NCBI GenBank assembly: GCA_964016885.1
Contig: OZ024758.1
Location: 17,422,001-17,486,000, forward strand
DNA length: 64,000 nt
Direction of reading: 5' to 3'
Source of the DNA: Eledone cirrhosa
Taxonomy: Eukaryota
Positions within the stretch are counted from its first letter, which is position 1, and each line of letters opens with the position of its first letter. Shown piece by piece: positions 13,117-26,894 of this stretch. The position numbers were made by a program, and so were the translations under genes. The notes beneath the pieces are model-generated. The model worked only from the letters and a program-made list of their open reading frames with translations, had not been told where the DNA came from and ran no database searches.

Positions 13117-13441
13117 CAGGGATCCCCAACCCCCGGCTCGTGAAGGGTTTCAATCTGGCCCGTGAAGGCCTTTATCCTGCCTGCGAGGGTTCTAAAAAGG
13201 GTACAGTTTGCAATAAATTCACACCTGATCTATCGATATTGCTGAATAAAACAATGTTTAAATGTATTTTTCTGCTTGGTACAGCTCTAAGTATCAATAT
13301 TGAATTTTGTTTAAAATCTAACATAAGGGATAAATAAATGATTACTTATTTGTATATAAGTAGTATTAATTGCTCATCCGGCCCGCAGAGCCACTGCTGC
13401 ATGGCTATCTGGCCTGTGGACTCAAAAGGTTGCAAACCCTG
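13117..13441. mobile_element. hAT (Charlie-like) MITE with perfect 8-bp TSD
   Basis: CAGGG...CCCTG termini flanked by TCCTAGAA at 13109-13116 and 13442-13449. Confidence 0.9.
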
Positions 13442-14262
13442 TCCTAGAAGAATGCCCTGATAAAGGCTAGGGGTCCTTCACTCCCAGTGGTTTAATCGCG
13501 CGATCGGATGCCCAGCCCGACTATTTCTATGTCCCCGTGCATATACATACACATATATATGTGTATATACATATTTACACATTTTTGGATGGCCGTTGAC
13601 TCTTATGAGTTCTTCCACCCTTTGTCAGGTTTTGTTTTTTGTCCTGCAGGGTATCCCAAATCACATACATACATACATACATGTCTTTCAATTTCTCCAG
13701 GTATATTTTAATCATTAAGGGTCGGACACCATGCTTTGACATATAGAGTTACGGCCCTTGCCATTCTGAGTTCAAATCCCACCGAGGTTAACTTTGCCTT
13801 TCATCCTTACGGGGTTGATAAAATAAAGTACCAGTAATGCACTGGGATAATTGCTGGCGTTGTGCCAAAAGTAGAAACAATTATTATGTTGTATCATAAT
13901 GGTCAATTCGGCACCTGTCAAACCCATGCTATCATGAGAAAACTGATGTTAAAATTATGATGTTGATGATAATTTAGTCTTGTGTTCTATGATTTCTAGT
14001 TACATCTTCCTCCCAATCATAATAATATTTACATGTGTACTTTCAGAGTTAATCCAGTAAAAGTTTATCTTCAAGAGAGGATTGTTCCAGTGTAGACAAA
14101 CTAAACATGATTAAGCCTGGAACTTCAACATGAAAACCTCAGCTAGCACGCAGCAAATAATTCTGTTTTATGCCAAGTGAGATTAATTTTAAATCTGAAT
14201 TAGAATGGTAACAAGTCTGAGAGAGGAGGAGAGGGACGGTGAGAGGGAGAGAGACAAGAAAA

Positions 14263-14296
<34 letters not shown>

Positions 14297-14504
14297 AGAG
14301 ATAGAGATAGGCAGATAGGATAAAAAGATAAAGAGAGGGGAGAGAGAAAGAGAGATGGAAAGGGATATATATATAGAGAGGGAAAGGGAGAGAGGGAGGT
14401 GAGATAGAAGGGAGATGGAGAGAAAGAAAAAGAGAGGGAGATGGGGAGGGATATATATATATATATATTTCTCGGTATGGTGAACTCTTGTGGAACTATA
14501 GAGT

Positions 14505-14535
<31 letters not shown>

Positions 14536-14579
14536 GCGAGATAGAAGGTACATAAAGAGAGAGATAGAAAGGACATGGG

Positions 14580-14612
<33 letters not shown>

Positions 14613-15806
14613 GAGATAGAAAGGAGATGGAGAGAGAGAGATTTTTTAAATAGCAGATTTAGTTGAACCGATAAAGTAGAAATCCTGAATCAAATACTTA
14701 AGTGTTGCAGGTTGAGAAACAATGAATTTCACATTAATTCTATTGATTTCAGGGTGAAAAGCTTTTGACTTTCAAATGGAGCAAAATGAGAGTAGCATTA
14801 ACAGCAGACTTACATGATGAGAAACTAATAGATTGTCTGTTGGCAAAATTGAATAGCATTGCTAAAATTGGCCGATTTAGAATAATTAAAGAATAAAAGC
14901 TGAGATTTACAGATTAATGATATCTAAATATCTGGTGCTGCTACTTGTGTTGAAATCTAGAGTCAGTAAAATGTCTGTGTATTGTTGAGCAAATAAAAAT
15001 AAATTTATGAATGCAATTAGGTTGTGTAAATCAGAGAAGAAAACCTGTACATGACATAGTAAGTGAAAAACCACGCAGGTAAATATATCATTGAACTACA
15101 TAAATATATTACCATTGATTAACAGATTGAAAAATCCCATAGCACATTAGTTTATATAAACCTTTTATTGTATATAGCAAACTGATGGAAATCATCTCTG
15201 GCTTCACAAGACAAAACTGTTTATATCAATGTATTTATTTGTCCAATCCTTGCTAGCAGGGAAAGCAGGCATTAACCCTTTAGTATTTAAACTGGCTGCC
15301 TCTGTCCAGAATTCTCTCATCTCTTTTTGTTCAAACTGGCAATAACCAGATGCTTGTACTGATGTTAAGGTATTGTTCTCAAAATAAATAATCTCAAAAT
15401 CTCATAAATTCAATATTATATGAGATAATTACGGAAGATAAAGCCTTTACCATGAAAATATAATGGTATATTTAGAGTAATGTAAATGCTAAAGGGTTAA
15501 GAAAAACATTACTTCATATATCATGCCAGAAATGATAAGATAGTCACAGCTGAAATCCTTTTGCTTATAAGGCAACTTGATCAGGATGAAACCCCTACAT
15601 AAACAGCATTCACCAGTTTGATTGAGGCAGTATGAAGTAAATGAGTCAGGTGTTTTGTAGATGGACCTGGCATAAAATCAGTACCAGAATACAAATATTT
15701 GAACATAAAGTACCAGTAATACACTGCGGTATTTGCTGGCCTTGTGCCAAAAGTAAAAACAATCATTAACTCACCCTAGCACACACATCCACCATCAATG
15801 TTTCTA

Positions 15807-16100
15807 GACCAAGCATGGGCAACCTTTTTCGAGAAGCAGGCTGCATGAGATTTGGCTCATCATCAGGTGGGCCACAAGAGCTAATTTACATTCGTGCCCA
15901 CATTAATAAAAAGGGTGGTAACTCAGGTTGTTTTGATTTGTTTTTTTCAGAATTCGTACATGTTGTTTTCCTCGATGGTAAAAAGATAGAAAGATAAATT
16001 ATACGACTGAAAAGTTGGGGTTAAAAAAAGATCAGAAATATTTCACTTAGGTGACTTAGGCGAGCCATTCAGAAAGCTTCGCGGGCCAAGTTTGCTCATT
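15807..16100. mobile_element. hAT-type MITE; inverted paralogue at ~60428-60690
   Basis: CAAGCATGGGCAAC terminus and GCGGGCC subterminal motifs typical of hAT MITEs. Confidence 0.7.
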
Positions 16101-16212
16101 ATCAAACTATATTTACAACTCAGTGACAAGCTGCAATTTTTATTCTAGACAATAAACAATGTTCGAATTAAAACATTCATAAAAGTAAGATAAGAATATC
16201 TATTCTTATACA

Positions 16213-16284
16213 TCCTCGGTAGTATAGTGGTAAGTATCCCCGCCTGTCACGCGGGGGACCGGGATTCGATTCCCCGCCGGGGAG
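16213..16284 (+). tRNA. tRNA-Asp-GTC: tRNA-Asp (anticodon GTC) with G53>A in the T-stem/B-box; possibly weakened or pseudogenic
   Basis: TCCTCGGTAGTATAGTGGTAAGTATCCCCGCCTGTCACGCGGGGGACCGGGATTCGATTCCCCGCCGGGGAG, 72 nt, closely matches metazoan tRNA-Asp; TTTT Pol III terminator at 16295-16298. Confidence 0.93.
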
Positions 16285-16300
16285 GTACATATACTTTTAA

Positions 16301-16691
16301 TGGAGGCACATGGCTTAGTGGTTAGAGCATTGGCCTTGCAATCGAAAGGTTGTGAGTTCAATTCTCAGACCGGATGATGTGTTGTTTCCTTGAGCAAGAC
16401 ATTTTATTTCACATTGCTCCAGTTTACCCAGCTGTAGAAATGAGATGATAGGGACTGGGGTCCATATCATTCCACTGCAAAGTGGTCGTGGAGGTGCCAC
16501 GGCAAAAAAACACCCAGCCCCCACTGTAAAGTGGACGTGTAGGCGCCATGGCAAAAAAGCACCCAGCACTCACTGTAAATGAGGTTGGTGTTAGGAAGGG
16601 CATCCAGCTGTAGAAATCAAGCCAGAATCAGTTCCCGTCCCACCCTTGCAAGCAGGGAAAAGCAGACGTAAAATGATGATGATGATGATGA
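16301..16691 (+). mobile_element. tRNA-derived SINE family B, full length
   Basis: Head TGGCTTAGTGGTTAGAGC...GAGTTCAATTC, conserved body, tail GACGTAAAA(TGA)n. Confidence 0.9.
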
Positions 16692-16879
16692 TTCCCTTTC
16701 GACTTATGATGGATTGAATCTATTCTTTTTTCCTCATAATCGCATAACTCCTGAGAGATTCACAGCTGTGCTGTATTGAAACACACCATTTCTAGGGCAT
16801 TTTAAAACCTGGTAGAGCCTATCTCCTCTCCAGGTTTAATATTCACCGGATTACCTCCAGAGAAAGATAGAGAAAGTGA

Positions 16880-17243
16880 GATAATTGTTTCTACTTTCGG
16901 CACAAGGCCAGCAATTACCCCCGTACATTACTGGTGCTTTATTTATCGACCCCCATAAGGATGAAAGGCAAAGCTAACCTCGGCAGGATTTGAACTCAGA
17001 ATGTAAAGGGCCATAACTCAATGCTGCAAAGCATGGCGTCTGACGCTGCTTTGCAGCAGGGAGTAAGATAATTGTTTCTACTTTAGGCACAAGGTCAGCA
17101 ATTACCCAGTGCATTACTGGTATTATATTTTATCGACCCCGTAAGGATGAAAGGCAAAGTCAACCTTGGCAGGATTTGAACTCAGATCGTAAAGGGACGT
17201 AACTATGCTGGAAAGCATGGCGTCCGACCCTCTACCAATACTG
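16880..17243 (-). mobile_element. Two tandem SINE family A copies
   Basis: Reverse-complement matches to family A. Confidence 0.85.
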
Positions 17244-20200
17244 AATGGACGTGAGTAAGAGATATAGAGGAAGAATTGACTCCACAGTATGAGACTGGTA
17301 CTTTTTATTTTATCGATATAATGAATGGATGAAAGGCAACATTGACCTTTGTAGGATTTGAACTCAGTCAGCTGAGAGCTGAAACAAATACCACAAAGCA
17401 TTCTATCTGACGTTCCAATGACTCAGCCAATTCGCCGTCTTAGGTATTTACTACCAGGGCAATTTTTCATTCTACTTAGGCTTTGCATTACAATTTGACT
17501 AAGCATTTATCTATTGAACCTTATCGTCCAACTTCAATTTTTCTCATTGGCATTGATCACAAATCATTTCTTCATGGCCACTTCTTCCAGAGAGACCACA
17601 CCTAACTGAAGTGCAATAATTTCTGAATAGGAATATACATTCTAAAATGTACGTCCAGGGATGCAAATCAAGTTATGAATATTTCAAATACACTTGACCA
17701 CATGATAGTATAGAATGTCTCTGGAGATATATATATTTTAAAGAACAATTTCCACATTCGAGAAGTTGTATGTCAAATGTTCATAATTCAATACATCTTA
17801 TATATATGAGTTCTTGCTGCCAACATCTTTTGTTTTATATTATTCAATTGGTTTTCCATGTTGCTATATAATAGATGGGTCTATAAATTCAGAAACCTAT
17901 ATTAATTGCTGCTACTGTTGTTGATGTAGAAGTTGGTGATATTTTTGAGTAGCTCTCCACTTTGCTCTACTTCAGAAAATCTATGGTACAAATAAAACCA
18001 ATTAAATTTTCAGGGGTCATTCCGACGTCCTTTATTTCTGATATATTGATATCAAATATTAAACGTTAATATAGATGAAATATTTACATTTGATCTACTA
18101 TTGTTTGCAGGGTTATGAGGCAATATGAATATTTAAAACTTAAACATGCAAGCTCCATTTTAAAAATAGTGAATAGCTGCTTGATTAGATTTAGCTGCCA
18201 GAGTGAGTAGAATAATAGCTTTGCTGAAGTTCTTTTATTTTATTTTTGTTATGGTTGTTGATGTTGTTAACCCCAGGTCAGCTCTGATCAAGCTGACCTA
18301 TACTCAAAGATGATTCTTTCTTTTTAGTTATGACTATTCCATCTATTAAACAAGTACAATAATTCAACACTTTACAGTCAATTGCTTCCCTGCTATCCCC
18401 TCAATTTTTAAACATTATATACACTATATATCTCTTCTTCTGTTCTTCTCCTTTACCCAATTATTCCTGACAGGGTTATGGAGGCAGAGTCCTCAAACAC
18501 TCCTTCCAGCAAGTCCTGGCAGAAGCAACCATTTCTAACTGATTCTGTGAAACAAAGATTCTTACATAAAATCACGATGGAAGGTTTTTAGATAAATATA
18601 ATAAATATAAACACTTTAAACTTATTTGTATTGTAAAACAGAGGCAGCTTCATGTAGTTTGTTATGAAAAGGGTTAAATCAGAGTTAAATCAGGGTCGTG
18701 GGAGCAGTGTCCTAAAACACTCCTTCCAGCAGGTTTTGTCAGAAGCAACCATCTCCAACTGATCCAGCTGGATCCCCAAGTGTGACCAGCTAAGCTCATG
18801 GATGTTATCCAACCATCTTGCTTGGGGTCTACTCTTGGGGTTCCTGCTCCCGTATCTATGATACAAAACTGTCTGTTCTAAAGTATTTATATTTATATTT
18901 AACTAAAAATCTTCCATCATAATTCTGTGTAGTAACCTTTGTTAAGGCATGTTAAAAAAAAACAGATAAATAATGAGAAAGTTTGTTATATTATTACAAC
19001 CTTCTAAATTCCTGATTATTTTTACAATTATTTGAAGATTCTTGACAAAGTCTTTCATTAGAAATATTTAACCCTTTAGCATTTACATTACTCTCTATAT
19101 ACATTATTGTATTTTCATGGTAAAGGCTTTACCTCACATAATTATTTCACATAATATTGAATCTATGAGATTTTGATATTATTTATTTTGAGAAAAATAA
19201 AGTACCAGTAATGTACTGGATAATCGCTGGCCTTGTGCGTAAAGTAGAAACAATTATTTATTTTGAGAAATACACCTTAACATAAGTATGAGTGGCCGGT
19301 TACAGACAGTTTGAACAGAAAGAAGTGAGAGAATTATGGCCAGATATAGTCAGTTTAAATGCTAAAGGGTTAAAGGTTATTAAAATGTTTTATTTTAACT
19401 TTTCTTTATTTTTTAAACTAGATATCGTGTAGGAGTCATGACAAAAAGCACTCAGCACATACTGTAAATATGGTTAGTATATTCAACCATAGAAATCTGG
19501 CCAGAAACAGTCCTATATATTCAAGATACAGTCACATAACCCAACTTGCCTCTAATTGGACTACCCGTCTAACCCATGCTAGCATGGAAAATGGACAATA
19601 AACAATGACGATGATGATGATGATGTTACAAAATTAGGTTCTTTTTCTGCTTCAATATTTCAGATTAGGATTTTCATCTTTCATCAGGTTTTTAAGAAAA
19701 CAAGATGACAATCTTTTGAGCATGTAGATTTTGAAAGGTAATTTTGAATTATTTAAATTGAATTCTTTAAAACTGTTTGACGAAATTAATAAAGAGCCAA
19801 GAAAACAACATTCTTGTTCATTACTATAAATCTGTAATTTACTGAGAGAATGTGGTAATATTTTGGTAAAGAAAACTTAACATCATATGAAATTATTGCT
19901 ACTGGATTCGTTCAAATTAGTTTTAGGAAATTGAAAAGGTGAGAACCATTTTTATTCCTCATAAATTTGCAATAAGCCAAGAGGATAATATGTCAATTGT
20001 GTAACAAAGAGACATAGAGATATAATATCCAATTACTGGCACTGAATTCTTTGAAACACAAAAGAAGGTATAAAAATGTCAAAGTGCTAAACTGGCTGAC
20101 AATTTGTGAATAATTATGCTGTTGAAATAATCTCATAATGTATCTCAAAACTAAATATTCTTGAAGTAGTGTTTCATTTACTCATCTTGTGATGTGTTGC

Positions 20201-21966
20201 AGTTAATGAAATTGACAGCATGTCCCTTATAAGTACAAAGTTCGAGTGATCATATGATAATATTACACCACTGTTTGATGGTACACATAATCAAGACACG
20301 CTGGTCACTTATTAATTCTATAACAGAAAACATTTCTGTCCCTATTCTAAAACAGGTTTGTGGGATATACCTCTAAGTGAGACTAAAAATCAGTTTCCTA
20401 CAAGAGAATGTTGTTGAGTGCTATAAATATATACATCCTTTTTCCCTTTCAAAGGATTTAAGCTTAATGTATAGATCCTTCTTACCAAAATTCCTCAATC
20501 CAGAGAGTTTTGTAGATAAAGTTATTATATTCACAGCCCACTTTGCATCAGCTTCATTCAATGTGCACCCCCCCCCCCCCCACACACACACATCAGCAAA
20601 GAAACAAACATATATAAGCACATATGCATACACACAGATCTTCATACATACACTAAACCTTTTCTTAGATTCTCTTAATCTATTCTTGCATGGATTGAGT
20701 TGAATGGAAAGTGAGCTGTGAACATATTAACTTTAAACTGCCAAGCTATTTGGATTGAAGACTTGTTGCTAAGAAGAATCAGTCAATTCAGTTATAATCT
20801 TCTTTTTTCTTTGCAGGTAACAAGGATGCATGTATAACTCTTAACTAAGAGTAGTTGAGAGATGAAAAAGGAAACTGCCAAATGATGTAATCTAAAATAA
20901 AATAATATAAAGAACTCTTAAGGGGTAACAAAGTTAATAAAACCTTCATGAATAGTAAGGGGATTGTTTGCATCAATTCACTTTTATGTATAACGGGAAT
21001 AGACTGGTAACTACTTATACCAGGAATGCAATGTAGTGCATGTTGTCAAACATTTTCTTTAAAATTTATTGACTCAGTTAGCTGCAGATCTGAATATGTC
21101 CCAGGTAATCATTGAAATAGTTGAATGTCCCAAAAGAAAGACATCAGAACATATGGTTGTCAATAATAGTGGCATCAAGTGCAAACAAACAAACAAAGAA
21201 ACAACAACACATGTTCGATCATGGAATCAGAAAATGAAATGCATTGTTAAGACTGGGATGTCCAGTGATAAATTAACCTGCTTTGGCACAAGAATGCTGT
21301 CATGCTGCAGTCACTCAACTAGGACTACTCGGTGACACATATATTAGAAAAAGATGATTATTAATCCTTTCATTATCATGGTTTTAATGAAAATACCTGC
21401 CTATGATTTTCAAATAATTTTGAAAATATTCAAGTGTTTGGAAAGCTGTAATACTATAATTAACTTTGTCATTAATAATCTAATTTTTGGAGAACAATTT
21501 GACAAATGTTCCTGTGGATTGGCAGTATTGGTAGAGAGTCAGACACCATGCTTCGACACAAAATTACGGTCTTGCCATTCTGAGTTCAAATCCAGCCAAG
21601 GTTAAGTTTCATTTCATCCTTACGGGGTTGATAAAATAAAGTACCAGTAATGTACTGGGTATTTGCTGGTCTTGTGCCAAAAGTAGAAACATAAATTATA
21701 GTTAAACTCCAGGAAGACTTTGCTGTTGAGTGCTTCTAATCTATTGTAAAACTGTATTCATTGATCAACCATACTAATCTTTGTAAAACTGTATTCATTG
21801 ATCAACCATACTAATCTTTGGTTATATATATATAGTAATAATAATAAATTTGAAAACTAAAATCCAAAGAGGGCTCGATAAAGATAAATATATATCAAAT
21901 ATATATGAACCATAGAGCAAATATTTATTAAAATAAACTTTAATCTGTTATTTTAATAAATATATG

Positions 21967-22311
21967 TGGAGGCACATAGCTTAGTGGTTAGAGCATTGGC
22001 CTTGCAATCGAAAGGTTGTGAGTTCAATTCTCAGACCGGGTGATGTGTTGTTTCCTTGAGCAAGACACTTTATTTCACATTGCTCCAGTTTACTCAGCTG
22101 TAGAAATGAGATGATAGGGACTGGGGTCCATATCATTCCACTGCAAAGTGGTTGTGCAGGTGCCACGGCAAAAAAGCACCCAGCACACACTGTAAATGAG
22201 GTTGGTGTTAGGAAGGGCATCCAGCTGTAGAAATCAAGCCAGAATCAGTTCCCGTCCCACCCTTACAAGCAGGGAAAAAGCGGACGTAAAATGAAATGAT
22301 GATGATGATGA
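21967..22311 (+). mobile_element. SINE family B, full length
   Basis: Near-identical to 16301-16691 but with one fewer 48-bp internal unit. Confidence 0.9.
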
Positions 22312-22609
22312 TATATGTATACAAACTTCCTCAGTAAAAAGATAAAAAACAAAAGACCAGACTGGAGACTGTTGGAAGTGCCTTTGATCATATATCTGTT
22401 GAATTAATGCTGACCTGGGACAACATGAAAAACAACAACAACACTATCAACTGTGTTATAACAGTTACTCTTCTCTGCTGCTAGAGTAGCAGTTCATGAA
22501 AAACGTATGCAGAAAATTTCTAAGTGCTTTTCAGTAATTATTGCATAATATCTGACTAGAAAATATTATTGAAGGAAAAGTAAACACAATTAGACTCCCC
22601 CACCCATCA

Positions 22610-23536
22610 CACACTCGCATGCATACATATACACATGCTTGTAAACACTCTCATAAACATACCTATCTACACATATGCATACACACACATATATATATAT
22701 ATATACACATACAAATACATACACACATAAACACACGCACATATATATATATTTACACATACACACAAACACACACACACATATATATGGATACACATAC
22801 ACATACAAATATATACATATATATATGTACATATATACACACATACATTCATACATATACTCATACATATATATATATAAATATACACATATAAATACAC
22901 ATAAACGTATTCATATACACATACATATATATGTACATATATATGCACATACATGCATACACATACATTTATACATACATATATATATATATGCATAAAT
23001 ATACACACATACACATAAATATATACACATACATATATATGTTTAAATATACACACATAAACATATACATATACACATATGCACATACATGCATACACAT
23101 ACATTTATACATAAATATATATACACATATACATACATATATATACATATACATATACATACATATACATGCATATATATATATGCATAAATATACACAC
23201 ATACACATATAAACATATACACATACATATATATGTTTAAATATACACACATAAACATATACATATACACATATATATATACACATATACACACATACAT
23301 GCATACACATACATACATACATAGATATACACATGCATACATAGACAAACAAGGAAACAATCAAATGAACCAATAAATAAATAAAATAATGTATCACTTA
23401 TTAATATGAAGACATAGACAAAACAATAAGAATATTAAATCAGAAATGGTTGGTGAATTCTTTTCCGATCTGATGATCAGTTTAGAAATAGAAATCAGGC
23501 AGTAATGCACAGAATAAAGAACTTCTTGAAAGATAA

Positions 23537-23570
<34 letters not shown>

Positions 23571-23649
23571 GTGTGTTATATAACACGTATATATATGTAA
23601 GTATGTTTAGATATGTATATATGTGTATGTACATATACATATATATGTT

Positions 23650-23682
<33 letters not shown>

Positions 23683-24365
23683 ACATATACATATATAAGT
23701 TTATATATACATATATAAGTTTATATATATATATATATGTTTATATATATATATATATGTTTATATATATATATATATATGCATATATGTATAAATGTAT
23801 ATATATATATATATATAAATGGAAGTATATATATATAAATATATAAATGAATATATATATATACATAAATGAATATATATATATACATAAATGAATATAT
23901 AGATATATAAATGAATATATATATATATATAAATGAATATATATATATATAAATGAATATATATATATAAATGAATATATATATATAAATGAATATATAT
24001 ATATATAAATGAATATATAGATATATAAATGTATATATATATATATAAATGTATATATAGATATATAAATGTATATATATATATAAATGTATATATATAT
24101 ATAAATGAATATATAGATATATAAATGAATATATATATATATAAATGAATATATAGATATATAAATGCATATATAGATATATAAATGTATATATAGATAT
24201 ATAAATGTATATATATATATATAAATGTATATATAGATATATAAATGTATATATATATATATAAATGTATATATATATATATAAATGTATATATATATAT
24301 AAATGAATATATATATATAAATGTATATATATATATAAATGAATATATATATATATATATATAAA

Positions 24366-24413
<48 letters not shown>

Positions 24414-24637
24414 TGAATATATATATATATATATATATAAATGAATATATATATATATATATAAATGAATATATATATATATATATATATAAATGAATAT
24501 ATATATATATAAATAAATGAATAAATATATATATAAATGAATATATATATATATAAATATATATAAATGAATATATATACATATATATAAATATATATAA
24601 ATGAATATATATACATATATATTAATATATATAAATG

Positions 24638-24669
<32 letters not shown>

Positions 24670-24712
24670 TATATTTAAATACACACCAAATATATATATT
24701 AATATATATAAA

Positions 24713-24770
<58 letters not shown>

Positions 24771-24790
24771 TATATTTAAATACACACCAA
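22610..24790. repeat. Compound (CA/TA)n and (TA)n-AAATGA microsatellite field
   Basis: Directly visible; short unique interruption at ~23345-23535. Confidence 0.95.
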
Positions 24791-25202
24791 ATATATATAA
24801 ATATACCCCCCAAAATACCCCAAAAAGCACCCAGCCCACACTGTAAAGTGGACGTGTAGGCGCCACAGAAAAAAGCACCCAGCACTCCCTGTAAATGAGG
24901 TTGGTATTAGGAAGGGCATCCAGCTGTAGAAATCAAGCCTGAATCAGTTCCCTTATGAGCAAGACAAGGTCAGCCGACCAGACACTGCCCACAACAGGAC
25001 AACCCGTCTAACCCATGCTAGCGTGGAAGAACAGACGTAAAACAGTGATGATGATATAAATGAATATATATATTTCGTTTTTGAATTTGTTTAGCAAGAT
25101 TCTTTATCTGAAAACCTGTGTTGAAACCGATATTGTTTTGAAAACAAGATGGCGTAGGACAGAACAAAGGAGAGGCACAAGAAACAAAGAAAAGAACTCC
25201 CA

Positions 25203-25245
25203 GTCACTAAAGAGGTCACAGAATGTGTGACGAAAGAACTTTGAC
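25203..25245 (+). ncRNA. Degenerate minimal type I hammerhead motif (family H2; G5>A) within a ~260-bp element (~25141-25398)
   Basis: GTCA-CTAAAGA-G-GTCACA-GAATG-TGTGAC-GAAA-GAAC-TT-TGAC; the 55.1-55.5 kb copies supply CTGA(A/G)GA. Confidence 0.55.
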
Positions 25246-25395
25246 AATATATAAACAACCATCTGGTTGTGGAACCAACTAACCAACCGGAAATTTATAG
25301 ATTCTTAAATTTATAAATATATTATTTAAATTGAAGAAAAAGCAACTGGTGCGTCTGTTTCTTATTGGCAACATGACCCTACCAAAGTATAACAA

Positions 25396-25431
<36 letters not shown>

Positions 25432-25439
25432 TATATAAA

Positions 25440-25492
<53 letters not shown>

Positions 25493-25596
25493 GAATATAT
25501 ATATATATCTATATATATATATAAATGAATATAAAACATTAAAAAAATAATGAATAAAACAATGAAACAGTTCCTTATATTAAACAAAAAAAGTTC

Positions 25597-25869
25597 ATTA
25601 TTTAACGATCGTTTCTAGGACATATATGTGTTAGAATTGGCATGCATATTCAAAAGATCTATGTACAAAAATTATACAAACTATCAAAGAGAATATACAT
25701 ACCAACTATCAAAGAGAATATACATACCAACACATATATATACCAACATATATATATGTGTTGGTATGTATATTCTCTTTGATAGTTTGTATAATTTTGT
25801 ACATAGATCTTTTGAATATGCATGCCAATTCTAACACATATATGTCCTAGAAAACGATCGTTAAATAAT
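25597..25869. repeat. Long imperfect palindrome (fold-back) centred on a TA tract
   Basis: ATTATTTAACGATCG...CGATCGTTAAATAAT; arms match apart from small indels and a 25-bp duplication in the left arm. Confidence 0.93.
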
Positions 25870-26094
25870 TGTTTCTACTTTAGGCACAAGGCCAGCAATT
25901 ACCCAGTTCATTACTGGCACTTTATTTTATCGACCCCCGTAAGGATGAAAGGCAAAGTTAACCTCGGCGGGAGTTGAACTCAGATCGTAAAGGGAGGTAA
26001 CTATGCTGGAAAGCATGGCGTCCGATCCCTCTACCGATACTGCTAATCCATATATATATATATATATATAAATGAATATATATATATATATAAA

Positions 26095-26129
<35 letters not shown>

Positions 26130-26894
26130 GAATATATATATATATATATATAAATGAATATTTATATATATATAAATGAATATATATATATATAAATGAA
26201 TATATATATATATATAAATGAATATATATATAAATGGATATATATATATAAATGGATATATATATATAAATGAATATATATATATATAAATGAATATATA
26301 TATATAAATAAATATATATATATAAATGAATATATATATATAAATGAATATATATATATATATAAATAAATGTATATATATATATAAATGAATATATATA
26401 TATATATATATATAAATAAATGTATATATATATATATAAATAAATGTATTTATAAATATATATATATATATAAATAAATGTATATATATATATAAATAAA
26501 TGTATATATATCATCATCATCATCATCAACGTTTAACGTCCGTGTTCCACGCTTGCATGGGTTTGGACGGGGGTAGTCCCACTTGAGGCAAGAGTGATTG
26601 TCTTGCTCGTATAGGACTGTCTGGCAGGTTTTCTACAGTTGGATGCCCTTCCTAACACCAACCACATTTACAGTGTGGGTCTGGGAGGTTTTTACCGTGT
26701 TGCCTACACGGCCACATTACAGCGTGGACTGTGTGTTTTTTTTTGTCGTGACACCTACACGATCTCATTTGTTTCGGCCTGGATGGCGCGGCACCAACAT
26801 AACTTTACATAGAACGGGGTGGGGGTGGATGGGGTGGTGGTGGTGGGACGGGGTGTATTTTGTTAGAGATGCCTACTGGCTGGAGTAGGTTTTA

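Noticed and set aside
14753-14897. ~47-codon frame after TTTCAG (GEKLLTFKW...)
   Set aside because: No recognisable homology or partner exons; compatible with chance.
20790-20850. Strong polypyrimidine-CAG acceptor
   Set aside because: Only ~10 codons follow and no linked exon could be identified.
23468-23500. CTGATGA...GAAA candidate hammerhead (also 19681, 35150, 39574, 57828)
   Set aside because: Stems I-III do not pair around the core.
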